From positions 6,282-70,281 of the forward strand of contig JAOAGL010000001.1 in the NCBI GenBank assembly GCA_026415775.1: a DNA stretch of 64,000 bases, written 5' to 3'. The position numbers were made by a program, and so were the translations under genes. How positions within the stretch are numbered: position 1 is the stretch's first letter; each line of letters opens with the position of its first letter. This document shows, piece by piece, positions 1 through 10,610 of this stretch. Below the pieces are notes generated by a model. It did not search any database, was not told where the DNA came from, and saw nothing but the letters and a program-made list of their open reading frames with translations. This DNA comes from Patescibacteria group bacterium (GTDB taxonomy: Bacteria; Patescibacteriota; Minisyncoccia; UBA6257; JAAZHW01).

Positions 1-866
1 CTTTTAATTAAATTGGGCGGTTCGTATTTGCCGTAAAATTGATTACCCAATAAAGCGCTTTGTGACTCACGAGTCAAAAATCCATCATGATTTGGCCCGC
101 CAGTATAAGGCAAACTTAAAATATGAATAGCAAAAACACCAAAATAAGCTACAATAAAAATAGCAAACATTATTAATAATTCTTTAATAAAAAGTCTAAT
201 TTTATGAGGTCTACCGAAAGCTCTATCTAAAAATAAAAGAAAGATACCGACAGCCATAAAAACTAAAGCCGTCCATTTCACTAAAACGCCAGCAGTTAAA
301 AATAAACTGCCTAAAAATAATTCTGGAAAAGAATTTGAATCCAATTTTTTATATTCTCTCAGCCGCAAAATAAAATAGATACCCAAAGCGCCAAAAGCCA
401 AAAGAAAAATATCGGTAAAGATATATCGCGATTGCACCAAAATAGCATTGTCAAAAATAATTAATAACGAAGCTAGAAAGCCTGGCCATTTATTATAAAA
501 TAATCGCTTGCCGATCCCATAAATAGTCAAAACTAAAATTAAACTAAAAAACATTTCTACTCCTCTAAATAACTTATAAAAATCTCCTTTATATTTATTA
601 CCAATCTGGGAAAAATCAGTATTGTTTGTTTCGCTTAAACCAAAAATTTTTCCTGTTGCTGCCAAAATCATTTTTGCCAATGGCGGATGAATATCAAAAT
701 AAAATGTCCCTTTAAAATAATTAGTTGACCACTGCGCAAAATAAACTTCATCAAAAACCACCTCGTCGGGGTATCCAAAATAAGGAATTCTTGTTGTGGC
801 AGTCAAAATAATTAAAATCCCAATCAATACCCATTCTTTCTGAAAAAATTTAATTAAATTCTTCAT
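1..866 (-). CDS. Dolichyl-phosphate-mannose-protein mannosyltransferase (PMT/GT39-like), 3' part runs off the window
   Basis: Not in the ORF track. Manual translation from ATG 866 (ATGA overlap with tatD stop): MKNLIKFFQKEW...YPDEVVFDEVYFAQW...FYFDIHPPLAKMI, matching the PMT VFDE and FDxHPPL motifs, followed by hydrophobic segments. Confidence 0.8.
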   Translation of the reverse strand, partial: MKNLIKFFQKEWVLIGILIILTATTRIPYFGYPDEVVFDEVYFAQWSTNYFKGTFYFDIHPPLAKMILAATGKIFGLSETNNTDFSQIGNKYKGDFYKLFRGVEMFFSLILVLTIYGIGKRLFYNKWPGFLASLLIIFDNAILVQSRYIFTDIFLLAFGALGIYFILRLREYKKLDSNSFPELFLGSLFLTAGVLVKWTALVFMAVGIFLLFLDRAFGRPHKIRLFIKELLIMFAIFIVAYFGVFAIHILSLPYTGGPNHDGFLTRESQSALLGNQFYGKYEPPNLIK

Positions 867-1687
867 AATTGAAATAAATTAAAACAATTTTCCGTGGTAA
901 TTTCAGCAACTTTATTTAAAGATATTTTTTTAATTTTGGCAAGTCTATCCGCTACAAACTCTACAAAAATTGGTTCATTTCTTTTGCCGCGATAAGGAAC
1001 TGGCGCCACATAGGGACAGTCCGTTTCAACTAATAATTTTTCTAAAGGCAAAGAGTTAATAATTTTATCATAAGCATCAGTAAAAGTAATGACACCAGGA
1101 AAAGAAATATAAAATCCTAACTTAATAAATTCTTCAGCTATTTTTAAATCGCCTGAGAAAAAATGAACTACTCCACTATTGCGAGCAGCTTCGTTATAAC
1201 CATATTGTTTTAAAATCTCTAAAGCATCAAAGTAAGCATCTAAATTTTTGTAAGCGCGCAAATGTAAAACCAGAGGTTTTTTAATTTCATTGGCAAATTC
1301 AATCTGTTTTTTAAATTCTTCTTTTTGTCTTTCTTTAGCTTCTAGTGAATGATTATGAAAATAATCTAAACCACACTCTCCCACTCCCACTACTTTTTTA
1401 CTTTTTATTAATGTTAAAAATTTATCTTTATCAAAAAATTCAATTTCTGTTTTTCCTTCGTTTGAATCCTGAGATTCAAAAAGATGAATAGGATGAAGAC
1501 CGATAACAGCGTATAAAAAACCAACTTTTTCAGCTAATTCTACTGCTTTTTGTGAAAATAAAAAATTTGAGCCAATATTAATCGCCCAAATGTTTTTTTG
1601 TTTCATTCTCTCAATTACCGTCCCTCTATCATTATCAAAAGCGGCAAATTGCAAATGTGCATGAGAATCAATTAAATATGGTTTCAT
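863..1687 (-). CDS. tatD: TatD family deoxyribonuclease
   Basis: IDSHAH, GLHP, GECGLDY, LHLR, HFFSG, ETDCPY motifs. Confidence 0.93.
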   Translation of the reverse strand: MKPYLIDSHAHLQFAAFDNDRGTVIERMKQKNIWAINIGSNFLFSQKAVELAEKVGFLYAVIGLHPIHLFESQDSNEGKTEIEFFDKDKFLTLIKSKKVVGVGECGLDYFHNHSLEAKERQKEEFKKQIEFANEIKKPLVLHLRAYKNLDAYFDALEILKQYGYNEAARNSGVVHFFSGDLKIAEEFIKLGFYISFPGVITFTDAYDKIINSLPLEKLLVETDCPYVAPVPYRGKRNEPIFVEFVADRLAKIKKISLNKVAEITTENCFNLFQL

Positions 1688-1691
1688 TGTT

Positions 1692-3170
1692 TTAATTTAA
1701 ACGCGGAAAAAGTGGCGGAATTCTTTTAACAATAAATTCCTTGCCCAAAAAATTAACTTCGTTGTTTGCTCCTAATGAATTTTTTATTTTAATAGCTGTT
1801 TCGGGAAGATAGGGAGAAATTAAATCTGATAAATTAATCAAAATCATCCACAAGCTGCTCAAAGTTTCATTTTTCTTTTGCTCTTCTTCAATAGCCCAAA
1901 CTCTTGTTTGATTTATAAAAGCATCCGCCTTACTAATTAATTGCAGAAAGGCTTCGGCAGCTTGATTAAATCGAAAATCAAGCATTGCCTCATCATATTT
2001 TTGCCACGCCTCATCAATATCATTTTTCAATAAATTACTTTCTATCTTTATCTTCCCACCTTGTTTTTCAATTAATGCTACAACACGATTTAACAAATTA
2101 CCCAGTCCATTAGCTAGTTCCTTATCATAACGTTCTTTTATATTAGCAATGGTTAAATCGCCATCTTGAGCTAAAGAAAATTCTTTTAATAAATAATAGC
2201 GAATAGTTTCTACTCCAAATTGTTTCGCTAATTCAACTGGATCAATTACATTACCAACCGATTTGGACATTTTTTGGCCCTCAATAGTAATAAAACCATG
2301 AATAATAATTTTATTAGGCAAACGCACTCCTGCTGACAAAAGCATTGCTGGCCAATAAATACAATGGAATTTCGTAATGTCTTTCCCAATAAAATGCCAG
2401 ATTTGGGTAGACTCATCTTCCCACCAAGCGCGATAAAGAGGAGAATTTACTGCATAGCCCAAAGCAGTAATATAATTGCACAAAGCATCAAACCAAACAT
2501 AAATTACTTGGGAGTCATCATTGGGAGTTATAATGCCCCAATTATGCGCTCGCTCTTTTGAGCGTGAAATACTAAAATCTTTTAACCCACCTCCAATAAA
2601 ATTCTCTATTTCTGCCTTGCGCGTTTCCGGAACAATTTCAATTTGATTATCCTGATAAATTTCTTTTAATTTCTGTTGATAACCAGAAAGTTTAAAGAAA
2701 TAATTTTTCTCGGAAATTAATTGAGGAGGTTGTTTATGATTCGGACATAAACCATCAATTAATTCCTCTTCTTTCAAATAATCTTCGCAGCCCGTGCAAT
2801 ATAATCCTTGATATTCGCTTTGATAAATATCTTTCTCTGCTGCTTTCCAAAATCTATTTACCCCTTCAAAATGGCGTTTTTCAGTGGTTCGAATAAAATC
2901 AGAAATGCTTATATTATAAAGTTTCAAAATATCTTTAAATACTTGCGCTTTTTTATCTACTAATTCTTTTGGTGAAATACCTTCTTTTTCGGCAGCCAAA
3001 GCATTTTTTAAACTATTTTCATCAACGCCAGTTAAAAAATAAACTTCGTTTCCTTTAAGTCTCTGATAGCGCACTGCACAATCAGCTTGAATAAATTCTA
3101 AAACATGACCCAAATGCGGATCAGCATTAGAATAAGGAATAGCGGTTGTAATATAAATTTTTTTAAGCAT
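1692..3170 (-). CDS. metG: Methionine--tRNA ligase (short form)
   Basis: YITTAIPY, HLGH, YVWFDAL, GKDI, KMSKS motifs. Confidence 0.97.
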   Translation of the reverse strand: MLKKIYITTAIPYSNADPHLGHVLEFIQADCAVRYQRLKGNEVYFLTGVDENSLKNALAAEKEGISPKELVDKKAQVFKDILKLYNISISDFIRTTEKRHFEGVNRFWKAAEKDIYQSEYQGLYCTGCEDYLKEEELIDGLCPNHKQPPQLISEKNYFFKLSGYQQKLKEIYQDNQIEIVPETRKAEIENFIGGGLKDFSISRSKERAHNWGIITPNDDSQVIYVWFDALCNYITALGYAVNSPLYRAWWEDESTQIWHFIGKDITKFHCIYWPAMLLSAGVRLPNKIIIHGFITIEGQKMSKSVGNVIDPVELAKQFGVETIRYYLLKEFSLAQDGDLTIANIKERYDKELANGLGNLLNRVVALIEKQGGKIKIESNLLKNDIDEAWQKYDEAMLDFRFNQAAEAFLQLISKADAFINQTRVWAIEEEQKKNETLSSLWMILINLSDLISPYLPETAIKIKNSLGANNEVNFLGKEFIVKRIPPLFPRLN

Positions 3171-3216
3171 AATTAATAATATAGATAATAGTTAAACTTT
3201 TTAAATTTTCAAATTT

Positions 3217-3735
3217 ATGATTTTATCAGTTCATTTTATTACCGGCGCCGCCATTACTAAGATTATTCCCAATAAATTAATCGCCTATCCTTTGGCATTT
3301 TTAATTCATTTTCTATTAGATGCCCTGCCTCACACTGATTATTCACTACGCGGAATTTCTTCTGGTTGGAAAAAGAAAAATTTTTATGAAAGCGTTTTTA
3401 GTTTGATACTAGATACCTTATTTGGAATTGCTTTTATTATAATCTGGGCGATGGCTTTTGACAACTTTAATATAACTTCTGCGTTGGTCGGCGGATTTTT
3501 GGGAATTCTTCCGGATTTTTTGAATCTCATCTCTTATTTATTTCACAACAAAAACTTTCTTTTATTTATTAAAGGACATCCTTTAACTGATTTGGAAGAA
3601 TTTAAAACCCAAAGCCAAAATCTTTACTATCGCTTCCATCATTGGATACATAATGGCTCTGAATCATCTAATAGCATTGGCATTGCCACTCAAATAGTCA
3701 TTTTTTTAGCGGCATTAATTATTTTGCTGAAATAA
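3217..3735 (+). CDS. Membrane protein, possibly metal-dependent hydrolase (YdjM-like)
   Basis: HxxxG, HFLLDALPH, LPD and HHWIH motifs between transmembrane segments. Confidence 0.55.
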   Translation: MILSVHFITGAAITKIIPNKLIAYPLAFLIHFLLDALPHTDYSLRGISSGWKKKNFYESVFSLILDTLFGIAFIIIWAMAFDNFNITSALVGGFLGILPDFLNLISYLFHNKNFLLFIKGHPLTDLEEFKTQSQNLYYRFHHWIHNGSESSNSIGIATQIVIFLAALIILLK

Positions 3736-3768
3736 AAAGCAAGGCCCGATAATCGGGCCTTGCTTTTT
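3736..3768. terminator. Bidirectional intrinsic terminator
   Basis: AAAAGCAAGGCCCGAT / ATCGGGCCTTGCTTTTT inverted repeat between convergent genes. Confidence 0.85.
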
Positions 3769-3782
3769 CACATCATAAATTT

Positions 3783-4808
3783 TTATGGCAATGGTAAAGG
3801 GCTATATTGCTTTTTATTATTTAATTCCTTAATTGTTTCCTCAATAACAATAATTGTTGGTAAGGCAATCAAAACACCGACCACCCCACCTAATTTGGCG
3901 CCAATCAATAGTCCTACTATTACAATCACTGGATTAAAACCAATGGTTTTTTTCATTACTAAAGGAATAAGTATATCATTTTCTAGACGCTGAATAAGAA
4001 TAAAAACTAAAGCAGTCCAAAGTGCTAAGGGAACTGATTGAGTTAAGGCAATAAGAGTTGCTACAATGCCTGCTAAAATTGGACCAACAACTGGTACTAA
4101 TTCACACAAAGCAGCAAAGACAGCAAGAATAAAAGCATACTTTACGCCCAAAATCAACATCGCCGCTAAAACCATTATACCGATAAAACCACTTAACAAA
4201 ATCTGGGTACGCAACCATTTACCAAGTCGCAACTTGGAACGATACCAAATTCTTAAAACCGATTCTTCAATGCTTATTGGCAAAACAAATTTAATAAAAT
4301 CCGCCACACCATCCTTTTTAATCAAAAGATAAAAAGAAATTAAGAAAACAGTCACCACCGAAACAATACCACCACCCAAATTAAACAAAATTGCAAAAAA
4401 TTTTCCCGCATCTTCAAACAAAGACCCTTGATAAGTTGTTAGAAAATCCAAAATTTTTTCTCCTAATTGCGAGGTGGTGGCCGAACCTAAGATTTTTTCT
4501 GAAAAACCCGGCAATAAACTGCCAATATTTAAAATCTGTTCATAAACAATCGGGAAAGAAAAATATAAAACAATAGCGAGCAAAATTAAAATGAAAAGAT
4601 AAATAGCCGCCGCACCCAAAAAACGCGGAATTCTTTTCTTTTCTAGCCGATCAACAAGCGGCGAAAAAGCAGCAGCAATAATAATCGCCACAAAAAGCAT
4701 TACAAAAATTGAACGCAAAACATAAACCAGCGCTAAAATAATAATTAGCAAAATCAACCTCCAAAAACTCATCCACGATATCTCAATTTTTTTCACCTCC
4801 TCTGGCAT
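3783..4808 (-). CDS. AI-2E family transporter
   Basis: Multi-TM protein with ELVPVVGP and QRLENDILIPLVM motifs; ATG 4808 lies 7 nt after TATAAT of a TTGCTT-17-TATAAT promoter. Confidence 0.88.
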   Translation of the reverse strand: MPEEVKKIEISWMSFWRLILLIIILALVYVLRSIFVMLFVAIIIAAAFSPLVDRLEKKRIPRFLGAAAIYLFILILLAIVLYFSFPIVYEQILNIGSLLPGFSEKILGSATTSQLGEKILDFLTTYQGSLFEDAGKFFAILFNLGGGIVSVVTVFLISFYLLIKKDGVADFIKFVLPISIEESVLRIWYRSKLRLGKWLRTQILLSGFIGIMVLAAMLILGVKYAFILAVFAALCELVPVVGPILAGIVATLIALTQSVPLALWTALVFILIQRLENDILIPLVMKKTIGFNPVIVIVGLLIGAKLGGVVGVLIALPTIIVIEETIKELNNKKQYSPLPLP

Positions 4809-4889
4809 TGATTTTATTATAGAAAATAAAGATAAAACAAGCAAGTCAAAAATTTTATTAATTATCTTTTTAATTTATAATTAAAATAT

Positions 4890-5993
4890 ATGCGAGTTTT
4901 AATTTTAATTACCCACGGAAATATCGGCGGTGCAACTAATTTTGTTTACTGGCTCGCTGAAGGATTAAAACAAAAAAGTGTTGAAGTAACAGTCGGTTTT
5001 GGTGAGGGAGATTATTTAAAAAATCTTTTAGAAAAAGCAGGAATTAACTTTGTTAATTTTAAATGGCTAAAAAGAACACACAATCCCATTTATAATTTGT
5101 TTTTTATTAAAGAATTTAAAAAATATCTGGATAATAATCGTTTTGATGTTTGCCATTTCAATAGCACCAATACTCTTTTCGGAGCTATCGCTGCCAAATT
5201 ATCCAAAAACAAAACAAAAAATATATTTACATTTCACGGATTGTCTATATTAGACCCCAATTATAAAAAAAATTATTTTTTAAAAATTATTTATTGGCTT
5301 GTTTTTAAATTTTTACTTTTATTCATTGATACACCAGTTTTTGTTTGTAAAGCTAATTTGGAAACTGCCAAAAAACTTCATTTAGTTAAAAATGGCGCTG
5401 TAATTTACAATGGCATACCAGAACCAAAATTTTTATCACGCGATGAAGCACGAAATTTTTTTGCAAATAATTTATCCATTGAAATAAAAGATAAATTTGT
5501 AATAGGCTCAATTGGTAGATTAGATTATTCGAAAAATTATGAATTTTTGATAAAAAATTTTTCTGAAATCTTAAAAATAAAGCCCAATGCTATTTGTATT
5601 ATCATCGGCGAAGGCCCAGAAAGAAAAAAATATGAAAAATTAATTAAAAAGTTGGGATTAGAAACAAAATTTTTTTTACTTGGCGAAAAACAAAATGCCC
5701 CTCAATACATGAAAGGCTTTGATTTGTTTGTTTTACCATCAAGATATGAAGGATTATCACTTACTTTAATTGAAGCATTATTCGCTCAAATACCCATATT
5801 AGCAAGTGATGTAGGAGGGAATAAAGAAATAGTTGGGAAAGAAAATATTTTCCCTAATGATTTTAATGGTTTTCTCGAAAAAATTTCTTCGTATACATCA
5901 GCAAAAAAAGAAAATATAAACTTTATAATCTCACAAATGATAAAAAATTATAATATTTTTTATTCATCTTCTTCTAGTAATTTTTCCCACTGA
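4890..5993 (+). CDS. Glycosyltransferase family 4
   Basis: IGRL..K, FVLPSRYEGLSLTLIEA, SDVGG motifs. Confidence 0.9.
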   Translation: MRVLILITHGNIGGATNFVYWLAEGLKQKSVEVTVGFGEGDYLKNLLEKAGINFVNFKWLKRTHNPIYNLFFIKEFKKYLDNNRFDVCHFNSTNTLFGAIAAKLSKNKTKNIFTFHGLSILDPNYKKNYFLKIIYWLVFKFLLLFIDTPVFVCKANLETAKKLHLVKNGAVIYNGIPEPKFLSRDEARNFFANNLSIEIKDKFVIGSIGRLDYSKNYEFLIKNFSEILKIKPNAICIIIGEGPERKKYEKLIKKLGLETKFFLLGEKQNAPQYMKGFDLFVLPSRYEGLSLTLIEALFAQIPILASDVGGNKEIVGKENIFPNDFNGFLEKISSYTSAKKENINFIISQMIKNYNIFYSSSSSNFSH

Positions 5994-7165
5994 GGAACAA
6001 TCTTTTCTAAATCAAAATCTTTGGCTCTCTCCTCTGCTTTTATTGAATACTTTTTTCTTAAATCATCATTTTCTAAAAATTTTTTTATAGTATTAACCCA
6101 ATATTCAATAGTATCATTATTTTCGTTTGGGACTGGCAATAAAACACCATAATCCGCAAACTCAATTTTATCAGTTTGATAAGAAAAATCTGAGTTGGGA
6201 GCCAAAATCTCTCTAGGACCAGATTTACAATCTGATGAGATAACCGGCGTGCCACAAGCTAGAGCTTCAATTATTACATTTGGGAATCCCTCCCACAAAG
6301 AAGTAAGAATAAAAACATCTGAACGTGCAATAAATTTAAATGGATTTTCTTGAAATCCCAAAAAATAAACATCAAATTTGTCTGACAAAACATCTGAATC
6401 GTCTACAAAAACATTTAAATTCATTGCTTTTGATAAAGAAATAAGATTTTTTTTTAAAGGTCCATCGCCTAAAATTACTAATTTTAAAGATTTATATTCT
6501 TTTTTTAATAATTTAAATATTTCTAATAAAAATTTTTGGTTTTTTTGCTCTGTCAATCTACCACTATTAATTATTGTTTGATTTTTAAAAATTATTCCAT
6601 AATTTCCCATCGATTCATTTCTCTTATTAATTATTTCCTGAATCTGATGAGGATTATATATGACTCTGATATTATCCAAACACAAACCAAGAGCTTCTAA
6701 ACTTTTTTTAATTCCGTTTGAAACAGCAATTATTAAATCGGCACGAGAATAAAAAAATTTAATAAGAGGGTGAATTATTTTTCTAAAACCCGCGTAACCA
6801 TCTATCAAATTTATATGAACCGAAACAATGGATTTGTGTTTAATAAAAAATTTTAAAAAAATATTTACGAAATTAGCCCTTTCTAAAAAAGAAAGAATAG
6901 TAATTTTTTTATTTTTATATTTTTTAATAAAGCGGAGCAATTTCAATATATAAATAGGCATAGACAGGTATTTTAAAAAAGAATTGGTTTTTCTGGTGTA
7001 ATTAGATAAAATTATTATTTTTCCAGGATTAATCTTATAAACTATTTCATTTTCCAATAAAATAATTTTTTCGAAATCTAGCGAATTAGATAAATTTAAA
7101 ACAATCTGCTCCGCTCCGCCACCGCCTAAAGAATTAATTAAGATAAAAGTTGCATTATTTTTCAT
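5960..7165 (-). CDS. Glycosyltransferase family 4
   Basis: SLGGGGAE, GRLTEQKN, SLWEGFPNVIIEALACG; start taken at MKNN. Confidence 0.9.
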   Translation of the reverse strand: MKNNATFILINSLGGGGAEQIVLNLSNSLDFEKIILLENEIVYKINPGKIIILSNYTRKTNSFLKYLSMPIYILKLLRFIKKYKNKKITILSFLERANFVNIFLKFFIKHKSIVSVHINLIDGYAGFRKIIHPLIKFFYSRADLIIAVSNGIKKSLEALGLCLDNIRVIYNPHQIQEIINKRNESMGNYGIIFKNQTIINSGRLTEQKNQKFLLEIFKLLKKEYKSLKLVILGDGPLKKNLISLSKAMNLNVFVDDSDVLSDKFDVYFLGFQENPFKFIARSDVFILTSLWEGFPNVIIEALACGTPVISSDCKSGPREILAPNSDFSYQTDKIEFADYGVLLPVPNENNDTIEYWVNTIKKFLENDDLRKKYSIKAEERAKDFDLEKIVPQWEKLLEEDE

Positions 7166-8102
7166 TATTTTGAGGTATTGCTTCAAAATAAATATGATTG
7201 CCCCTTACAAATAAATTAACTATAAATGCAATAGGAAAAAAAATTATTTGTCTAAAAAATTTTATTATTTTCATTAAATTTAAATTTTTAGTTGAAGACG
7301 TATATTTTCTTATTTTGATTTTTAAACGATTACCCTTTTGTCCAGTAATTAAAGTTTCTATATTTATAATAATTTCTTCTAAAATTTTGTCCATTATTAA
7401 TTTTAATTGAAAACCATTAATGTTTAAAATTTTTTCTAAAGAATCTTTAGAAAATCGCAAAAAATGATGGGGGGGCAAATCTGTTTTATCAATTTTTCCT
7501 CTATAAAAATATATGAATGTACCATCTCTATTAGGCACTGAACCAACAACTAATCCGTCAGGTTTTAAAAGATTTTTAATAATCAACAAAAAATCTTTGG
7601 GGCTATCCTGATGTTCTAAAACATCAAACATAGTAATAATATCAAATTTTACATTTGGAATAAATTTATAAAAATCAGCCAGTGATAATGCATATACATT
7701 TTTTAAACCTAATCTCCTTGCCGCTTCAATACTTTTTTTATCCAGATCTATACCCCACACATCTAATCCTCTTTTGCAAAGCTCTAACAAAAATGTTCCA
7801 TCTCCACATCCAATATCTAGAACCGTTAATTTTTTTCTATTGCCAAAGAATTGGATTCGATATCTTTTTAATTTTTTTAAAAAAATCTTTTGACAAGGTT
7901 GTAAAATTCCTAAACCATAATGAAAAAACTTATAAGTTATATCTCCTTCTTGTATATAAAATTCTGGCATCATCTTTAGTGGCTCCCAAAATTGACACGC
8001 ACAAAATTTACATTCATATAATACGTAATTTTTATTATTAAAATTCGATGTGTAATTTTCTTTTTTTATTAGATTATTATTATTACATATGGGGCAATTC
8101 AT
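7155..8102 (-). CDS. Class I SAM-dependent methyltransferase with N-terminal Zn-binding motif
   Basis: CPIC...CKFC, VLDIGCGDG, FDVLEH, PPHH motifs. Confidence 0.88.
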   Translation of the reverse strand: MNCPICNNNNLIKKENYTSNFNNKNYVLYECKFCACQFWEPLKMMPEFYIQEGDITYKFFHYGLGILQPCQKIFLKKLKRYRIQFFGNRKKLTVLDIGCGDGTFLLELCKRGLDVWGIDLDKKSIEAARRLGLKNVYALSLADFYKFIPNVKFDIITMFDVLEHQDSPKDFLLIIKNLLKPDGLVVGSVPNRDGTFIYFYRGKIDKTDLPPHHFLRFSKDSLEKILNINGFQLKLIMDKILEEIIINIETLITGQKGNRLKIKIRKYTSSTKNLNLMKIIKFFRQIIFFPIAFIVNLFVRGNHIYFEAIPQNNEK

Positions 8103-8106
8103 AGAA

Positions 8107-8904
8107 TTAATTTATTAATTTTTTTAATAAACACAAAATCCGATAAATGATTAATTTTATAAAATAAATAATCAGAACAAAAGGACAACACATTAATAAG
8201 TCCTTATAAAAATTTTTTAAAAATTCTTTATGAACTTGATATATTCTTTCAAAATTATTCTTTTTAATTGATAATCTATCATCTCTCTTATTATTATATA
8301 TCCTCAAAACATGTTTAACAAAATATCCGCAAGAATTTTTTTTCAACAATTTTATCCAGGCTATTGATTCACCGCCCCTAATATTAATAGGAAACATTAT
8401 TGGCAAAAACAAATCTTTTTTTACCACCGTCAAAGCTTCACCCTTTATTTTCCCACATAAAAAATCTTTATAGGAAACCGGCCCCTCATAATCGGCTATA
8501 TTTATTGGAATATTTCCAACTAAATCTCTACAATTAAACAAAAAAATAGAAACATTGGGAAATTTATTTATATACTGATTAATAATTTTTAAGGCATCTG
8601 CCATTAATGAATCATCCGAATCTAAAAAAACCAACCACTCTCCAGAAGCTCGAAGAATACCAAAATTTCTTGCTATATTTGGACCTACATTTTTCAAAAA
8701 TGAAAAATATTTTATACGATTATCAATTGCAATATATTCCTCTACAATTTTTTTTGTATTATCATTTGAAGCATCATCAATAATTAACATTTCCCAATTT
8801 ATAAACGTTTGCGAAATAATACTTTCAATAGCATTTTTAATTATATCTGCTCTATTAAACGTGGGAGTAATAATACTAAACCGAGGAGTCATGGTAAAAA
8901 TCAA
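8107..8904 (-). CDS. Glycosyltransferase family 2
   Basis: SIITPTFNR, IIDDASND, ARNFG, FLDSDD motifs. Confidence 0.92.
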   Translation of the reverse strand: MIFTMTPRFSIITPTFNRADIIKNAIESIISQTFINWEMLIIDDASNDNTKKIVEEYIAIDNRIKYFSFLKNVGPNIARNFGILRASGEWLVFLDSDDSLMADALKIINQYINKFPNVSIFLFNCRDLVGNIPINIADYEGPVSYKDFLCGKIKGEALTVVKKDLFLPIMFPINIRGGESIAWIKLLKKNSCGYFVKHVLRIYNNKRDDRLSIKKNNFERIYQVHKEFLKNFYKDLLMCCPFVLIIYFIKLIIYRILCLLKKLIN

Positions 8905-10564
8905 AAAATTGTTTAGTTAGATTATTAAGACCAAAACCAAAACCTTTTTTGGGGGCATATAAAATTTCTTTTGGCAATAACCATTCAAATGCTTCTCTTA
9001 ATATTAGTTTATTATAAATTTTTCCGTATTTCCTTCTAATTTTTTTATGAGGATCTATTTTAAAAGCCATTTCTATAACTCTATAATCTAGAAATGGAGA
9101 TCGAGTTTCAATTCCAAACATCATAGCGGGCAAATCTCCTATAATAGTAATAGAATGACTATTTTCAGTAATTAATGCTAACCAATGGGATATATCTATA
9201 TAATTGTTTGTTTCCACTTTATTGGCCCAGTAATCTATCAATTCATTAAAATTATAATCATATTCAAATTTTTTTCTTGATTCTTCTAAATATAAAAAAC
9301 CTTTGCGTTTTTTATTTTCTATTTGAGCCAATTTAAATAAAATTTTTAGTTGTTTGTTAAAAAAGGAGATTTTTTCTAAAACTTTCAAAATCTTTTTAGG
9401 AAAAATCTCTATCATTTTTACAAAATCTGAAAAAATAAGTTGTTTATATGCATTATCATATCCATAAAAAATTTCATCAGCCCCATTGCCTGTCATTACC
9501 ACTTTAATATCATTTTTTTTAATATCACTAAAAAGTTTTGCTGCATGAACCAACGGAAATAGCTTAATGTTTTCACCATAAATTTCGGTCATTTTGTTAT
9601 AAAATTTTCTTTCTATTTCTTCTTCATAATAACAAATATGTAAAGGGATCTTAAATAAATTAGCTACCTTTTTTGCACGATTCAATTCTTCTGCATCTGC
9701 CATTAAACTAAACGCAGAGGGTTTCAAGCCGTGTTTGCACATTAATCCCGCAACAATAGAACTATCCACACCTCCGCTTAACAAAACAGCAACATCAACA
9801 TCTGCCCTTTCCCTTATTCTAACAGCATCATCAATAACTGCACACAAATCTTCTTTAGTAATCTTAGGATCATAATAAAAAGAAGGCGACCAATAGCACC
9901 ATTTTTTTATAATCTTTTTATTTTTTACTATGATTGCATGGGCGGGTTCTAATCTTTTTATTTCTTTATATTTTGTAAAAGGTTCGGGGATGTGTAAAAA
10001 ATTTCTTAGATGACTGTACGCTATACCTATTTTATCTTCCTCTGAAGAAAATATACCTATACTAAACAACGCACCCAATTCTGAAGCGAAATAAAAGCCG
10101 GATGAATTTTCACTAAAAATAAACGGTTTCTCTCCTATCCTATCACGAGCACAAAATAATATTTTTTCTTTCTTATCATATATAGCAAACGCGAATGCTC
10201 CATTTAATTTTTCTAAACATTTTTCTTTATAAAATATATAAGAAATTAGGAGTACTTCTGTATCACTATTTGTTTTGAAAGAATAATGAAATTTATTTTT
10301 GATTTCATTTTTTAACTCAAGATAATTATATATTTCCCCATTAAAAACAATGGCGTATCTGCCACATTGGGAAATAAATGGTTGATTAGCGTTAGCGCTT
10401 AAATCAATGATTGCCAAACGATTATGCCCTAATGTGATATCATCAATAGTTATTTTAGAAATATTATCAGAACCACGATGAATCTGTTTTTCAAGAATTT
10501 TCTCTACATACCTCTCTTGTAATTTGATTGGATTTGTTGACCAAACACCTGCTATTCCGCACAT
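8876..10564 (-). CDS. asnB: Asparagine synthase (glutamine-hydrolysing) family amidotransferase, glycan-locus type
   Basis: N-terminal MCGIAG, HNRLAIIDL, FNGEIYNY, LSGGVDSS, GADEIFYGY motifs. Confidence 0.92.
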   Translation of the reverse strand: MCGIAGVWSTNPIKLQERYVEKILEKQIHRGSDNISKITIDDITLGHNRLAIIDLSANANQPFISQCGRYAIVFNGEIYNYLELKNEIKNKFHYSFKTNSDTEVLLISYIFYKEKCLEKLNGAFAFAIYDKKEKILFCARDRIGEKPFIFSENSSGFYFASELGALFSIGIFSSEEDKIGIAYSHLRNFLHIPEPFTKYKEIKRLEPAHAIIVKNKKIIKKWCYWSPSFYYDPKITKEDLCAVIDDAVRIRERADVDVAVLLSGGVDSSIVAGLMCKHGLKPSAFSLMADAEELNRAKKVANLFKIPLHICYYEEEIERKFYNKMTEIYGENIKLFPLVHAAKLFSDIKKNDIKVVMTGNGADEIFYGYDNAYKQLIFSDFVKMIEIFPKKILKVLEKISFFNKQLKILFKLAQIENKKRKGFLYLEESRKKFEYDYNFNELIDYWANKVETNNYIDISHWLALITENSHSITIIGDLPAMMFGIETRSPFLDYRVIEMAFKIDPHKKIRRKYGKIYNKLILREAFEWLLPKEILYAPKKGFGFGLNNLTKQFFDFYHDSSV

Positions 10565-10610
10565 ATAATATTAAATTTATTCGCTCTCAAATTTTTGAAA
10601 ATATTATTTA

